This document shows, piece by piece, positions 14,006-27,137 of a stretch of 64,000 nt of DNA. The position numbers and the translations under genes are program-made. Source of the stretch: Octopus vulgaris (lineage: Eukaryota); NCBI GenBank assembly GCA_951406725.2, contig OX597819.1:103664001-103728000 (forward strand), given 5' to 3'. A model generated the notes under the pieces. It had not been told where the DNA came from. It worked only from the letters and a program-made list of their open reading frames with translations, and ran no database searches. Numbering within the stretch: the stretch's first letter is position 1; every line of letters starts with the position of its first letter.

Positions 14006-14641
14006 TCCTGTATAAGTGTTCAAAAGTAACATTGGCTTGTAAAAATATTTTCAGCTCAAATGCACTGAATAAATCACTTATATTTCCAGGACAACTAGTA
14101 TTATTTAATATTTATGTATTCACTACAAATTTCGAAAGACTTCACACAATTCATTAAACTATTTCATGATTTTAATCTTCGTCTATTTGGCGGCATTGGT
14201 TTTTATAAATAATATATATAATAACTTTGTTGAATTTATTTTTCCAAGATATTTCTTAATTACTACTATTTAGGTAAAATGATATTACAGGGTTCAATCT
14301 ACTATCATAAGTACAGTAACTTATAGAGTATAAGTAATTGGGAATATGATTGCAAATTTTCATCTGAAAGCTATCACGCGAGATATGTTCAGAATAGAAC
14401 AGCATCTCAAACTTAAGTCATTCCGACATTAAAACTTGCCTTGAAACCATGGGTTCAGAGCTCCTCCCAGAACACATGACATTTATTTGGTAGGTTCTTG
14501 TCCGTTTGTCCTGATGTATTAACTCAAGTTCTCACTTCAAATGGGACACCGACCGAAACAAACATTTGCATCAACTTCCAAAGAATTGTTGCCGAAGCAC
14601 CGCACTATCGACCTTTCACTAAGTGCTTAGCTGGCAGAACA

Positions 14642-14872
14642 AGGCGGCGAGCTGGCAGAATCGTTAGCACGCCGGCCGAAATGCTTAGCAGTATTTCGTC
14701 TGCCGCTACGTTCTGAGTTCAAATTCCGCCGAGGTCGACTTTGCCTGTCATCCTTTCGGGGTCGATTAAATAAGTACCAGTTACGCACTGGGGTCGATAT
14801 AATCGACTTAATCCGTTTGTCTGTCCTTGTTTGTCCTCTCTGTGTTTAGCCCCTTATGGGTAGTAAAGAAAT
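14642..14872 (+). mobile_element. SINE family B, young copy, tail type 2
   Basis: Well-conserved head and centre, tail TTTAGCCCCTTATGGGTAGTAAAGAAAT. Confidence 0.92.
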
Positions 14873-15372
14873 TTATATATATGTACGAACGAGTGAGTGT
14901 GTGTGTATGTGTGTCTAATTATATACACATATACTCCTGGATATAACACTAGAACCTTCTAGTATGGATGCTCTTAGATGTGTCCACACTGTCGAAAGCA
15001 ATCAAGCCAGGTCTCCACTTTCAGCTTTCCTCTATCCCTGCCACTCTGTGGTCTTAGACTTATTCCTTGTAAAGGGTCATCGTTACTACCTCCCTCCTGA
15101 ATGAAAGATTATATATAGAAATCAAGAAAGAAACATGGGTAATTCGCAAGATACGACCCAACCTGATAGAGAATAACAGAATAAAAAGTCGAAGCTGAAC
15201 ATTTGGTTCGCTTACGGCAGATAACCGTCCACTCACAACATGAGGTTGTATTACAATTTGGACCTTGAATTTGAAATTTTGGAATACGAAGACGCACAGA
15301 ATTCGCACGTGGAATTTTACTGTTATTTATTACAATGTGCTTAAACATTTTGGTTGGCGGTTATCATATATA

Positions 15373-15606
15373 TTAGGCGGCGAGCTGGCAGAATTGTTAG
15401 CGCGCCGGGCGAAATGCTTAGTGGTATTTCGTCTGTCGAACGTTTTGAGTTCAAATTCCGCCGAGGTCGACTTTGCCTTTCATCCTATCGAGGTCGATAA
15501 ATTAAGTACCAGTTACGCACTGGGGGTCGATGTAATCGACTTAATACCTATGTCTGTCCTTGTTTGTCTCCTCTATGTTTAGCCCCTTGTGGGTAATAAA
15601 GAAATA
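15373..15606 (+). mobile_element. SINE family B, tail type 2, with 14-bp TSD
   Basis: TSD GGTTATCATATATA at 15359-15372 and 15607-15620. Confidence 0.93.
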
Positions 15607-15879
15607 GGTTATCATATATAACACGATTTCATCCTTTCTAGAAAACTTGCTGCATGACACAGCTGGGAACTTATTAGTCAGATATATTTCGAATTAAAAA
15701 TAAAGATGATATAAAGATGAAATAAAGATGAAATCATTTACATGGAATAAAGATGAAATTATTTACATTTAACCTACAAAGAGAACAAAAATAATCATCA
15801 TATCAAGTATAATATTATGATGTTGTTTATAAATTTAGACATGTCTAGACGATGTTGCTTATAAATTTAGACGTATCAT

Positions 15880-16040
15880 CCATGCCCATGTATAGTAACT
15901 GAATGAGGCTTATTCGACGCAAATAAACTTGACATCCTTGAGTTTCATGAAGCTCCGTAGTTTAGACACACTTTAACTCCTCTAGCTGAGCTTTTTCAAA
16001 GTCAATGCACACGAGATAAACACTCGTCAAGTAAACGGAT
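15880..16040 (-). mobile_element. Ancient non-LTR RT fragment (RTE-like)
   Basis: Minus strand encodes YLVCIDFEKA (xDFxKAFD RT motif). Confidence 0.45.
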
Positions 16041-16403
16041 GTCTCTGCCGTTGATATTGTTCTTTGTTTGTTTTATCAGTTTTTGTTGTCTTTGTCGTAC
16101 TGTTATTGCTGTTTCTGTAGTTGATTCTGTTGTTGTGGTTGTAGTTATTGTTGCAGTGGTTACTTATTTTGTTGCTGTTTTCTAAGTTGCTGCTGTGGTT
16201 GCTGTTGTTTGTGACAACACCATCTTTTCAGCCAACGCTGTGTACTCCAGTTGACTTCAAAACCAGACACCTGCTGGATGTTACTGCGACTGTCTCCACA
16301 TTTTCTTTTACTTGGAGTATGCTTCGTACACGGCGACGAATGTTACGATAGCGTTAATGGGATTATAAGAGTAATGGTGTTTGCGGAGGCGGGAGCGGCG
16401 GAG

Positions 16404-16516
16404 ACGACGTTGGCGGCAGCGACGACGTTGGTGGCAGCGACGACGTTGGCGGCAGCGACGACGTTGGCGGCAGCGACGACGTTGGCGGCAGCGACGACGT
16501 TGGCGGCAGCGACGAC
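16404..16516. repeat. 18-bp minisatellite (GACGACGTTGGCGGCAGC) x ~6
   Basis: Seen directly, inside a GGT/AGT triplet tract that extends to ~17130. Confidence 0.9.
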
Positions 16517-16581
16517 AGTGACGGCAGCGACAGTAGCGGCGGTGGTGAGGATGGTGATGGTGGTGATGCGGCTGTAGGGAC

Positions 16582-16641
<60 letters not shown>

Positions 16642-17590
16642 TCTTGTAGTAGTAGTAGTAGGAGTAATGTCGATGGAAGTGATGTGGGTAGCTGTGCTAC
16701 CGGGACGGATCAGGTGATTACACCGGCAGTGAATGGTGCATTGATGGGATGGTAATGGAGGTTTATAGTAAGAGGTATAGAGGCGGTGGAATCTCGAGGT
16801 AGTGGTGGTGGTAGGAGTTGTTGTTGCTGTTGTTGCTATTGCTGCTAGTGCTGTTGTTGTTGTTAGTGGTGGTGATGGTGGTGGTGGTGGTGGTGCTGGT
16901 GGTGGTGGTGGTGATGGTGGTGGTGCTGGTGGAGGTGGAGGTGGTGCTGGTGCTGGTGCTGGTGCTGGTGGTGATGGTAATGGTGGTGGTGGTGCTGGTA
17001 GTGATGCTGGTGGTGCTGGTGGTGGTGCTGATGGTGGTGCTCGTGGTGGTGCTCGTGGTACCGTTGCTAGCGGTGGCGGTGGTAGTGGAGATGGTACTAG
17101 CGCTGGTAGTGTGAAATTGTTTGTATCATGCTGTTGGTGTGATGCTAACAGATACTGGTGCCGCGGTTGTTGCAGACGGTGGTGAGGGTAGTGGGTTGTA
17201 TTTGCGGAAAACATTGCCATTCTTTGGAAATATTCTTTGCTTTTGTTCCTCTTTGCTATTTTTTTCTTTGGTAAATTTGCAATGTCAATAGAAAGAAAAT
17301 GTAAAATGAATGAAATAAAATATATAAGGAACAGCACAGGTGGGATGCGAAGAGAAAGTAAAGAGGTCGATTTTAATGAGGGATGTAAGTATTAAAAGAA
17401 TGGGAAGGAGAAGTCACGAGAAGCTAAATGTTAGGTGAAGGCGGTAGTGGTGTGTTAAAGGAAAATAAAAATCAAAGTGAAAACAACGCAGGGTAGAGGT
17501 GAGAGGAAATAGCTGAATGTCAGTAGGAGAGGGAATTAAAAGGAGAAATTAAGAGCAATTGTGGTGGAAGATGAGGTGTATATGTGTGTG

Positions 17591-17646
<56 letters not shown>

Positions 17647-17928
17647 CATACACACATACACACGCACGCACACCCACATACACATACATATATATTGCAT
17701 ATCGTTGCTAATCGTTGCACATTTTTATCTTCATTTATTTCTTTCATAAATCAATGTTTCCATCTATCTATCTACCTACCTACCTATCTATCTATCTATC
17801 TATCTACCTACTTATTTATCTTTCTATATATATGCACGCGTGTGTGTACGTGTGTGTGTATATGTGTATGTGTATGTGTGTGCCTGTGTGTGTGTGTTGA
17901 CAAAGAAAGAGTACGTAGTCGGAGCCTC

Positions 17929-17980
<52 letters not shown>

Positions 17981-18125
17981 ATGCACATTTATCCTTTCCC
18001 ACTGTAATACAGTGAACTGTATTATGTATGTATGTCTGCAGATGTTTGTGTGTATATATGTTTTACATTGTGCATATGTTATGTGTGATATAATAGTGTA
18101 AACTTATGCTGAAACAGACCTCAAA

Positions 18126-18183
<58 letters not shown>

Positions 18184-18844
18184 GTATATGTGTGTGTGTA
18201 TACGTATATAATTGAAATACGCATACGTATGTAATTATTTGTGTTTATATATATGTGAGTGTGTGTGTATGTATTATGCGTGTGTGCATCTGTATATGGA
18301 TGTATGTTGTGTGTGTGTGTATATGTGTGTAAGTCTATATATATATATGTACTTTACATTGTCATTTTCAATAGGGTTATAAACAAAGAGATTACTTCAT
18401 TAGTGCAGCTGAAGTTTAATGAGTTCTTTTGTTTTCTTTCGTTTATTTTTTATACGCAAATAGGTTCATATATATTGCATATACACGCATACATATAAGC
18501 TCTAATATAACTGCTTACACTTAGCTTTACATTGTTAAGCAAATATACAAACACATAGAAACGAACTCACTGGCGCATGCTGACACACACACAGATACAC
18601 TAGTGTCAGATGATGGGTGGTGTACGGATTGACGTACACATAACATTTTTTAATTTCCAGAATTTTCTCTCCAAGTGAGAGTCAGAAAAAAACATTATGG
18701 CGGGTAATACAAGCAACTCTCAGTATGAAGACGAAATGACTTTAAGTGATAACAAACATGAGTTATAAAGTATTATAAAGTACCGTGACCCTTTACGATA
18801 TGCCATTATACTTGGTTATGTATATAAAGGTATACAAGTTTCAT

Positions 18845-19232
18845 CGTGGAGGCGCAATGACCCAGTGGTTAGGGCAGCGGACTCGCGGTCATAGGATTGC
18901 GATTTCGATTCCCAGACTGGGCGTTGTGAGTGTTTATTGAGCGAAAACACCTAAAGCTCCACGAGGCTCCGGCAGGGGATGGTGGTGATCCCTGCTGTAC
19001 TCTTTCACCACAACTTTCTCTCACTCTTACTTCCTGTTTCTGTTGTACCTGTATTTCAAAGGGCCGGCCTTGTCACTCTCTGTGTCACGCTGAATATCCC
19101 CGAGAACTACGTTAAGGGTACACGTGTCTGTGGAGTGCTCAGCCACTTACACGTTAATTCCATGAGCAGGCTGTTCCGTTGATTCGGATCAACCGGAACC
19201 CTCATCGTCGTAACCGACGGAGTGCTTCCACC
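18845..19232 (+). mobile_element. tRNA-derived SINE family C, full length, 11-bp TSD
   Basis: A-box TGACCCAGTGG and B-box ATTTCGATTCCC. TSD ACAAGTTTCAT at 18834-18844 and 19233-19243. Confidence 0.92.
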
Positions 19233-19504
19233 ACAAGTTTCATAGCAAGGCCGAAATCCTAACAACAGAGTGACATTGTAAGGACATGGGAACTAGCTTT
19301 CACAATTCAAGACGGTGGCTGGAAGGCAATTTTACCCCTTAGAGTATTTCAACAAAAAGTAGAAAAGAAATTACTAAAGAGCGCATCGCGTTTACTCCGC
19401 CAATCCAAGATTCTTCAACTTGTTAATCTACAGTATTAGGAAAAGATGTATTTCACATCTGCGATGTATATTAAGCGTAAATAAATATTCTATGCGTGTA
19501 TCTT

Positions 19505-19936
19505 TCATCTTTTATTTCTTACAGGCTTCACTCATTGGAATAGGACCTTGTTGAGACACAACCTTGAATTGCTTTAGTCGAACAAATCGACACAAGTAGT
19601 TATTTTAAATGAGACACTTCAATGGGTTTTTTTTTGGGAGGGGGTGAAGCGTTTGGTTGTGGGGACGTATGCAAACTAATACCGGATGTTAACGGGTAGT
19701 AGGGGACAAACACAAATATATAAACATATGCATACACACTCATGTCTATACATAATGTATAGATATGCATACGACGGGTTCCACACAGTTTTCGTGTAAA
19801 ATTCACGCACAAGGCATTGGTTTCGACCAGGATCTATAATGAAAGATACTTGCCTTATGTGCTACGAAGTGGGACTGAACGTCAAGCCAATTGGTGTCAA
19901 GCGAGATTCATATGTATACAACATTGGCTTCGCCTA
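19505..19936 (-). mobile_element. SINE family A, decayed
   Basis: Reverse-strand AGTGGGACTGAAC, ACAAGGCATTGGT and TTTAGTCGAACAAATCGAC. Confidence 0.75.
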
Positions 19937-20249
19937 TATACATAATAAAATAGATAACAGACGGTCTCTGTAATGCGATCGTATATGCACCAACAATGGA
20001 GCAATCTACTACATGATTAATTAATTCCCACAATCACCGACTTTTACAGATAATATATATATATAGAAGTTATATAATTTAGGAAAGGAATAACGGAAAA
20101 GTTAGAAGGAAGGAGTGGAATAAAGTATGATGGCACTATAGACTAATAGGAGAAAGAAGAAAATTTTGAAAACAAAAATGTTGGAATATGTAAAGTAAAA
20201 AGTACAAATTAGGTGCATAAATTATTCCTGTATTATATATATATACACA

Positions 20250-20467
20250 AAGGCAGCGAGATGGTAGAAACGTTAGCACGCCGGGGGAAATGCTTAGCGG
20301 TATTTCGTCTGTCTTTACGTTCTGCGTTCAAATTCCGCCGAGATCCACTTCGTCTTTCATCCTTTCGGAGTCGAGAAATTAAGTACCAGTTGCGTACTGG
20401 GGTTGATTTAATCGACTGGCCCGCTCACCTAAATTTTCGGGCCTTGAGCCTTGAGTAGAAAAGATTA
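20250..20467 (+). mobile_element. SINE family B, tail type 1
   Basis: Family head and centre, tail GAGTAGAAAAGATTAT. Confidence 0.88.
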
Positions 20468-20583
20468 TATACATACACAAAAGAGACACTCACACGCACG
20501 CATACACAGGCACATCGTATATACATATATATATATACATATTAGTACATACACACACATGTATATATAAACATATATATGTA

Positions 20584-20634
<51 letters not shown>

Positions 20635-20671
20635 TAATAAATAAATAAAACATATGCATATATACATACAT

Positions 20672-20872
20672 ATATGTACGTATCTACCTCTACATGTATA
20701 TATACATGCATATATGGGTACAGGACACCAAAAAAACGTCGAACACAATGAGAAACGAAAACATAAACACAAAACCAAGGAAATGGACATTTTTCTTAAA
20801 CAACGAAAAAAGAGAGTACAGGACATACAAAACAAGGAAAATTCCCCTCCTTCAGTCGCCTTTGTTTCATCT
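20672..20872 (-). mobile_element. Dispersed repeat family E (second copy)
   Basis: Reverse complement of 11402-11600. Confidence 0.85.
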
Positions 20873-21007
20873 CTGTATATATATATATTTAGTGTAGGAA
20901 GAAATGGAGCTGAACGAAGATTTAACAAAATTCCTTTTTATTATTTTCTACATATGTATCTTTTGAATAATCCGTAACAAGATAATTCATTTATCCATTT
21001 CAATAAT

Positions 21008-21074
<67 letters not shown>

Positions 21075-21076
<2 letters not shown>

Positions 21077-21292
21077 CTTCTCTTTCTCTTAATTTAGTGT
21101 AAATTTTGACCGGTCACCTCCTTGGTAGCTAGATTTTGAAGAAAAGCATCTTGAGCCATCCGTTAAACCTTAAGAGAGCCTTGCAGATTTTTATCGTCCC
21201 TCATATCGTGATCATTTGTTGTGTATGAATTAAGGATTTGTATTCTCTTCTCCAATATTCCAAGTTCCCTCATAGTTTGCTCCAGACGGGTT
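21075..21292 (-). mobile_element. 3' end of an RLE-type (R4-like) LINE ending in (TA)n
   Basis: LEQTMRELGI...GTIKICKALLRF parallels LNTNLEKLGF...GTVKICKTF at the end of the 48168 element. Confidence 0.6.
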
Positions 21293-21926
21293 GGCTTATA
21301 TGTATCTATGTATGTGTATTTGTATGTATGTGTAGGCATTTGTTTGTGTGTCAGTTTGTATAGTGTGTATTTAAGGATAAATATGCGCATATTTTCAAAG
21401 AAACATAAATGTCTATTTAAGAACAGTCATATATAACTTTCCCTCCCTTTTCTTTCCCCCTCCCTCTCTCTCTCTCTATCTCTTCCGATGTGTGTGTGTG
21501 TGTGTGTACACACATAACCATAAGCTGACATGCATACACTCATACCGAAATATTTACAAAGCCCTTTGCTTCTACCATAAAACCCACTCTTCTTTATTTC
21601 TGTACCACTAAACTGTTATCATTTTTGTATATTTCGTTTTTTATATATTTCTCCCCACGCAATCTATTATTTATTTATTTATAAATTTTAGCATATATTC
21701 GTGTATTTAATTATTATTATCATTATTATTATTATTATTACTGTTGTTGTTGTTGTTGTTGTTATTATTATTGTTGCTGTTGTTGTTGTTAATTATTTGT
21801 TTACTTTTATTATTGGCATAGATTTATTTTTATAATTTACATATATATATATATATACAGACAGATAAATTTCTATAGGCACAAATATATACAAATATAT
21901 GTGTATATCTATGTATATATATTTAT

Positions 21927-21994
<68 letters not shown>

Positions 21995-23623
21995 TTATGT
22001 ATGTATGTATGTATATGTGTGTATGGTGCGTATGTGAGAGTTTATTTATTGATTTACTTATTCATTTCCACCTGTAAATACATGTTGTACTTAGCGGAAG
22101 TGAGAAGAATGTCATAAAGAAAGGCAGGAGGAATGGAAGAAAAGAAGAAAGTAAGAAAGTAAGAAAGAGAGAAAGAAAGCAAGGGAGAAAGAAAGAAGGA
22201 AAGAAATAAAGCAAGAAAGAAAGTAAGAGAAAACACAGATTGGAAGGAATCTTATCTTTCTAGCTATGAATAAAACAGTTTATAATTATATGCGTTGTGT
22301 GTACTTGTTAGCATATGTACGCAGACACGCACAAGCACATAGATAGAGGCGCATGTGCGCACACACACACACACACACACATCTATATGCATGCGTATTA
22401 CATCTGCATATTTATTAATGTGTGTGTGTGTGCGTGTGTGTGTACATACATGTATGCATGTGTGTAACCTTATTCATATATACATGCATATACACAAGTT
22501 TAGAAACGTGTATATATATCTGTGTATATAAATATATATGTATGTATATATATATTTATGTATGTATATATATATATATATATATATAGATGCATTCAAC
22601 TATGTACATAAACACACGTTTATATACGCATACATGTAAAATTATTTATACTTGTATATGTACCTATGAGTGCACGTGAGTATGAGTACATGTACGTGTT
22701 TATGTGTATCTTTGAGCGTATGTGTGTATTCATTTGTGTGTCTGTATGTGTGTGTGTGTGACTATCCTTTTTTTGTTTTTTTTTTCTTGTGTGCGTGTGT
22801 GTAATTGTCAGAAGAGACACGCAGTTAACGTCAGTTAAACGAAACAATGTTCCTGATAAAATCCAAAGCTCATACAAAAAGTATATTGTATGTGAAAGAC
22901 AATTGCTTCATTCAAATGTTTTGATAATCATTAAATGTCAGAGTTATATTGTTGTGAGATAGCGCTGTCTGTATAGAAAAACTCACTGGGAAATCGACTC
23001 ACGCACACTCAGCAACATACATACATACATACATATCTACGCACATACGCATCACGCATGCCCAGATTCACACATGCATGCACCAAATGCACACACGGAG
23101 AAGCACACAGACATGCATATGCAATCACTGACGCGCACCCATATAATAGCAGACGTAGGAATGTATAAAAGTGTATGCGTAAGTATATGCATATATATAT
23201 ATATTAATATATAGACACGCGCATACACAAATATGTAATAAAGACGTTTGTTTATGTGTGTGTGAGTGTGTGTGTATGTGTGTGCATAGGCATGAACATA
23301 ATAGTCAGGAGCCATGAGCGGTGAATATATATATTTATTTAACCACATGATATTCTTAGGGGTCCGGCCGTTTCACAACCTTCTTCAAGTCGTATTGATT
23401 TCAGTGTGGAGGAAATTATGCTTTCATGTTTGCATTAATACGTATGCTCACCATTGTACAATACATCTCTGTATTCAGAAATCATTGCTAACGTAGAAAG
23501 CTAGCTCATCAGATCAACAGAACATCGTGCTTACAGGAACACTACACATGTGTGTATGTATGTTTTTATATATATATATATATATATATTTATACATACA
23601 CACACATACATATATAAACATAT

Positions 23624-23658
<35 letters not shown>

Positions 23659-23693
23659 TATATATACACATAATATATATATATAAACATATT

Positions 23694-23724
<31 letters not shown>

Positions 23725-23935
23725 ATATATATATAAAAAAATTTATATATACAGCCAGGTGCAATGTGATACCATATAGAAAATATTCAGTTGTCACCAA
23801 TTGTGACTAAGGATGCTGAAGTACATACATTCCTAGAAATAAATGTTAACATACTCTTAATGATGTAAGACAAGAGCAAAATGCGTACAACATGCTGACA
23901 GGGGAGGTAACTGCTTCATGACCGGCTTGCGGATG

Positions 23936-23984
23936 CTTAGACTAGAAATAGTTTCGCCTATGACTGTAGGCATCGTCAATGAAG
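23936..23984 (-). ncRNA. Type I hammerhead ribozyme (C3U variant)
   Basis: CTTCA-TTGACGA-T-GCCTA-cagtca-TAGGC-GAA-ACTA-tttc-TAGT-C^-TAAG. Stems II and III are perfect, the cleavage triplet is GUC and stem I is short and bulged. Confidence 0.75.
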
Positions 23985-24147
23985 ACTGCTCGAACTGCGC
24001 TTGATCGGCTAATACTCGTGGAGATCCCTCTACCAGTATATATGTCTTACCAGTATATATGTATTAACTTCGATTTGGACAATCATTACACACTCTTCTA
24101 TGAGTCTGCAAACTGCGAAATGCTAATGTGTATACTAATGTGCATAC

Positions 24148-24192
<45 letters not shown>

Positions 24193-24628
24193 GCATGTGT
24201 GCGTGTAAATATAAATGCATATAAACATGTACATTTATCTGGAGAAATAGTTAAACGTGGTATATTTGTGTGCCTAATGCATAGCTTTACGTATATTCCG
24301 TAGTGCCTTGATTCTTTGTAAAGTCGACTCTGATATTAAATAAACGTGAAACACTTGCAGTATGCAAATTAACAGCTCCCACTAACGCCCTTGGAAATCA
24401 ATGGGAAATGGGCTTCACGTTACAGAATTTCAATTTAAGTTAATGTTTTCCAGGACACATTGCTTCTGTAACGCGAGAGACGCTTGTACGGATGTCTCCT
24501 CTAACACACACTTATCACTTTTGTAATAAAACATACATTAGATGTGTTAACGCTGACCTAAGTTTTTCGTATAGTTACCTATCTTATGACCTCGTTTTGT
24601 AAAAGCATTGTATAAATTGTATAAATGT

Positions 24629-25008
24629 ATATAATTGCTGACCAAGTGTGGCGTCCCAAACGGGATAGTGCTACTGGCTTTTATAGCCCCAGGAAGACAT
24701 CCAGCTGGCTAACGACACACAGTCTGTGTACGATTAGTATTTGCGACGGGAGATCATCGCTCCCATCCCTAGCCTTACGTGATACACACGAATTCAAGTT
24801 TCTGGGTGGTTGTCCGTCCTCAGCGTGTGTTAATCACCAGCTAGTGATGAAAACTCACCCAACTCACAAAACACTTTATGCTTTTTTGGAAGCGATGACT
24901 TCCTTTCTCAAATACTAATCGGACACAGTATGTTCGTCGTTAGCCAGCTGGTGGAGATGTCTTTAGCACTAACCCGTTTGAGACGCCACCCTAGGTTGGC
25001 GATTATAT
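24629..25008. mobile_element. MITE with ~100-bp imperfect terminal inverted repeats
   Basis: ATATAATTGCTGACC..GTGGCGTCCCAAACGGGATAGTGCTA..CCAGCTGGCTAACGAC..CGATTAGTATTTG is mirrored at ~24907-25008. Confidence 0.88.
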
Positions 25009-25959
25009 GTTACGATTCCGTTTTGCTACTATTTACATCTAGCTCAGAAATTTTATATAGATTGTATAAATGCCTTATTTTGGTAAACTGTCTTTTAACT
25101 GTAGTGATTATATCCAGTGGTTTATATATGACTCAGTTGTAAAAAAACATTAGAATATTTTTAGTGTTATAAATGTTATTTTTATTGATGTTTCAAATAC
25201 AGTCTTTGCTTTTGCTGCTATTGTTGTTTGTTGTTATTGTTATTGTTGTTGTTATTGTTGCTGATCTTTTTGACATTGGTTGTTCAAGTGTCACATCCTT
25301 TGGGTAACAAAACTGCGGTATGCTATGTGAGATTGGCTCTAAAGTAGCAATAATTACAGGTATCCTCCTTCTGTCCTTCCTCCCTCATCCTTGTCACAAC
25401 CGCTAGCCTCAAAATCACCGACAGAAGCAGCAGCAGCAGCAGCAGCAACAGCTCTACCACCGCCACTACCACCACCTCTACAATAACCACCACTACTCAC
25501 ATTTCTCCTCCGCAGAAAATTAGCAAAACGAAAGACTACCAGCCTCATCTGAACGACAAGCTTCAAAACATGAAAGCTTACGGATGAGAAAAAAAAAATC
25601 ACTTTCCCAACCATTCCTCCCCCCTTATATTTTACCCTCAACTCTATATACAGCCCCTGTTATTCCGCGCGCCTCAATGATCCTACGGGCTGTTTACGTC
25701 TGTCTGCTGCACCCCACCCCACCATTTTTTTTTTTCCTGTAGTATGTCATGTGGAAAGAAGAGTCTGTAAGCCCCTAAGGCCTATTCCAGACCTTATCTA
25801 AGACTCAATATTTGATTTTTTCCTTTCACTGCTTGACCTGACCTCAATAATAAAGGTTAAACGTTTCCTGTTCATGCTTTTGTTCCGGTTCACTTTGCTG
25901 CTGGTGATCATTTAATTACTGGATCTGAAGCTTCTGCTGCTGTTGGTGCTGCTGATGTA

Positions 25960-26225
25960 GCTCTCATTATTATTATTATTGCAACTGCTGTTGCTGTTGT
26001 TGTTGTCGTTAATGCTATTGCCAGTTTTCTTGCGTTCTTTTACTCTACTTTTGTCATTGTTTAACTGCTTCCTTTTATTTTTATGGGCAATATTATTAGT
26101 AGTATTTCTCTTCTTTGAATTATTCCTATTGTTTTTGTTATTGCTATTATGTTGTTGTTGTTGTTATTATTATTATTATTATTGTTTTTGTTTTTGCTGT
26201 CGTCGTCGTCATCATCATCATCATT

Positions 26226-26306
<81 letters not shown>

Positions 26307-26484
26307 GTTTTTGTTTTTGTTGTCGTCGTCGCTATCATCAACATCATTCTTCTTCTTCTTCTTCTTCTTACTCTTCTTCTTCTTCTTATTATTATTATTA
26401 TTATAATCATTATTACTATTACTATTATTATTATTACTATTATTATTGTTGTTGTTGTTGCTGTTGTTGTTGTTGTTGTTATTA

Positions 26485-26522
<38 letters not shown>

Positions 26523-26577
26523 GTTATTTTTATTATTTTTATTATTATTATTATTATTATTGTTGTTATTTTTATTA

Positions 26578-26648
<71 letters not shown>
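25960..26648. repeat. Compound TTA/TTG/TTC/TCA trinucleotide array with an internal block duplication
   Basis: TGTTTTTGTTTTTG..CGTCGTCG..CATCAT..TCTTCT..TATTAT block occurs twice (~26180 and ~26305). Confidence 0.9.
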
Positions 26649-26649
26649 T

Positions 26650-27055
26650 AAAGCGTCGAGCTGGCAGAATCGTTAGCACGCCGGGCGAAACGCGTTGTGG
26701 TATTTCGTCCGCCGCTGCATTCTAAGTTCAAATTCCGCCGAGGTTGACTCTACCTTTCATTCTTTCGGTGTCGATAAATTAAGTACCAGTGACGCACTGG
26801 GGTCGATGTAATCGACTTCATCCGTTTGTCTATACTTGTTTGTCCCCTCTATGTTTAGCCCCTTGTGGGTAGTAAAGAAATAGGTATTTCGTCTGCCGTT
26901 ACGTTCTAAGTTCAAGTTCCACCGAGGTCGACTTTACCTTTCATCCTTTCGGGGGTCGATAAAATAAGTACCAGTTGAACATTGGTGGATGAAATAGACT
27001 CATCGTCTCCCCTCAAATTGCTGCCCTTGAGGCAAAATTTGAAACCATTATTATT
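26650..27055 (+). mobile_element. Nested or tandem SINE family B copies (tail 2 copy followed by a headless tail 1 copy)
   Basis: After AGTAAAGAAATA the family body restarts at GGTATTTCGTC (~26883). Confidence 0.88.
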
Positions 27056-27083
27056 ATTCTATTATAATTAATATTAATATTAA

Positions 27084-27137
<54 letters not shown>

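Noticed and set aside
16363-17337. 324-aa Pro/Thr-rich ORF resembling formin or mucin
   Set aside because: It is built from GGT/AGT triplets and an 18-bp minisatellite, is open in several frames and has no globular domain.
18845-18925. Possible tRNA gene (also 62563-62640)
   Set aside because: I could not form a complete cloverleaf, and the sequence continues into a SINE or pLTR body (with a TSD at 18845).
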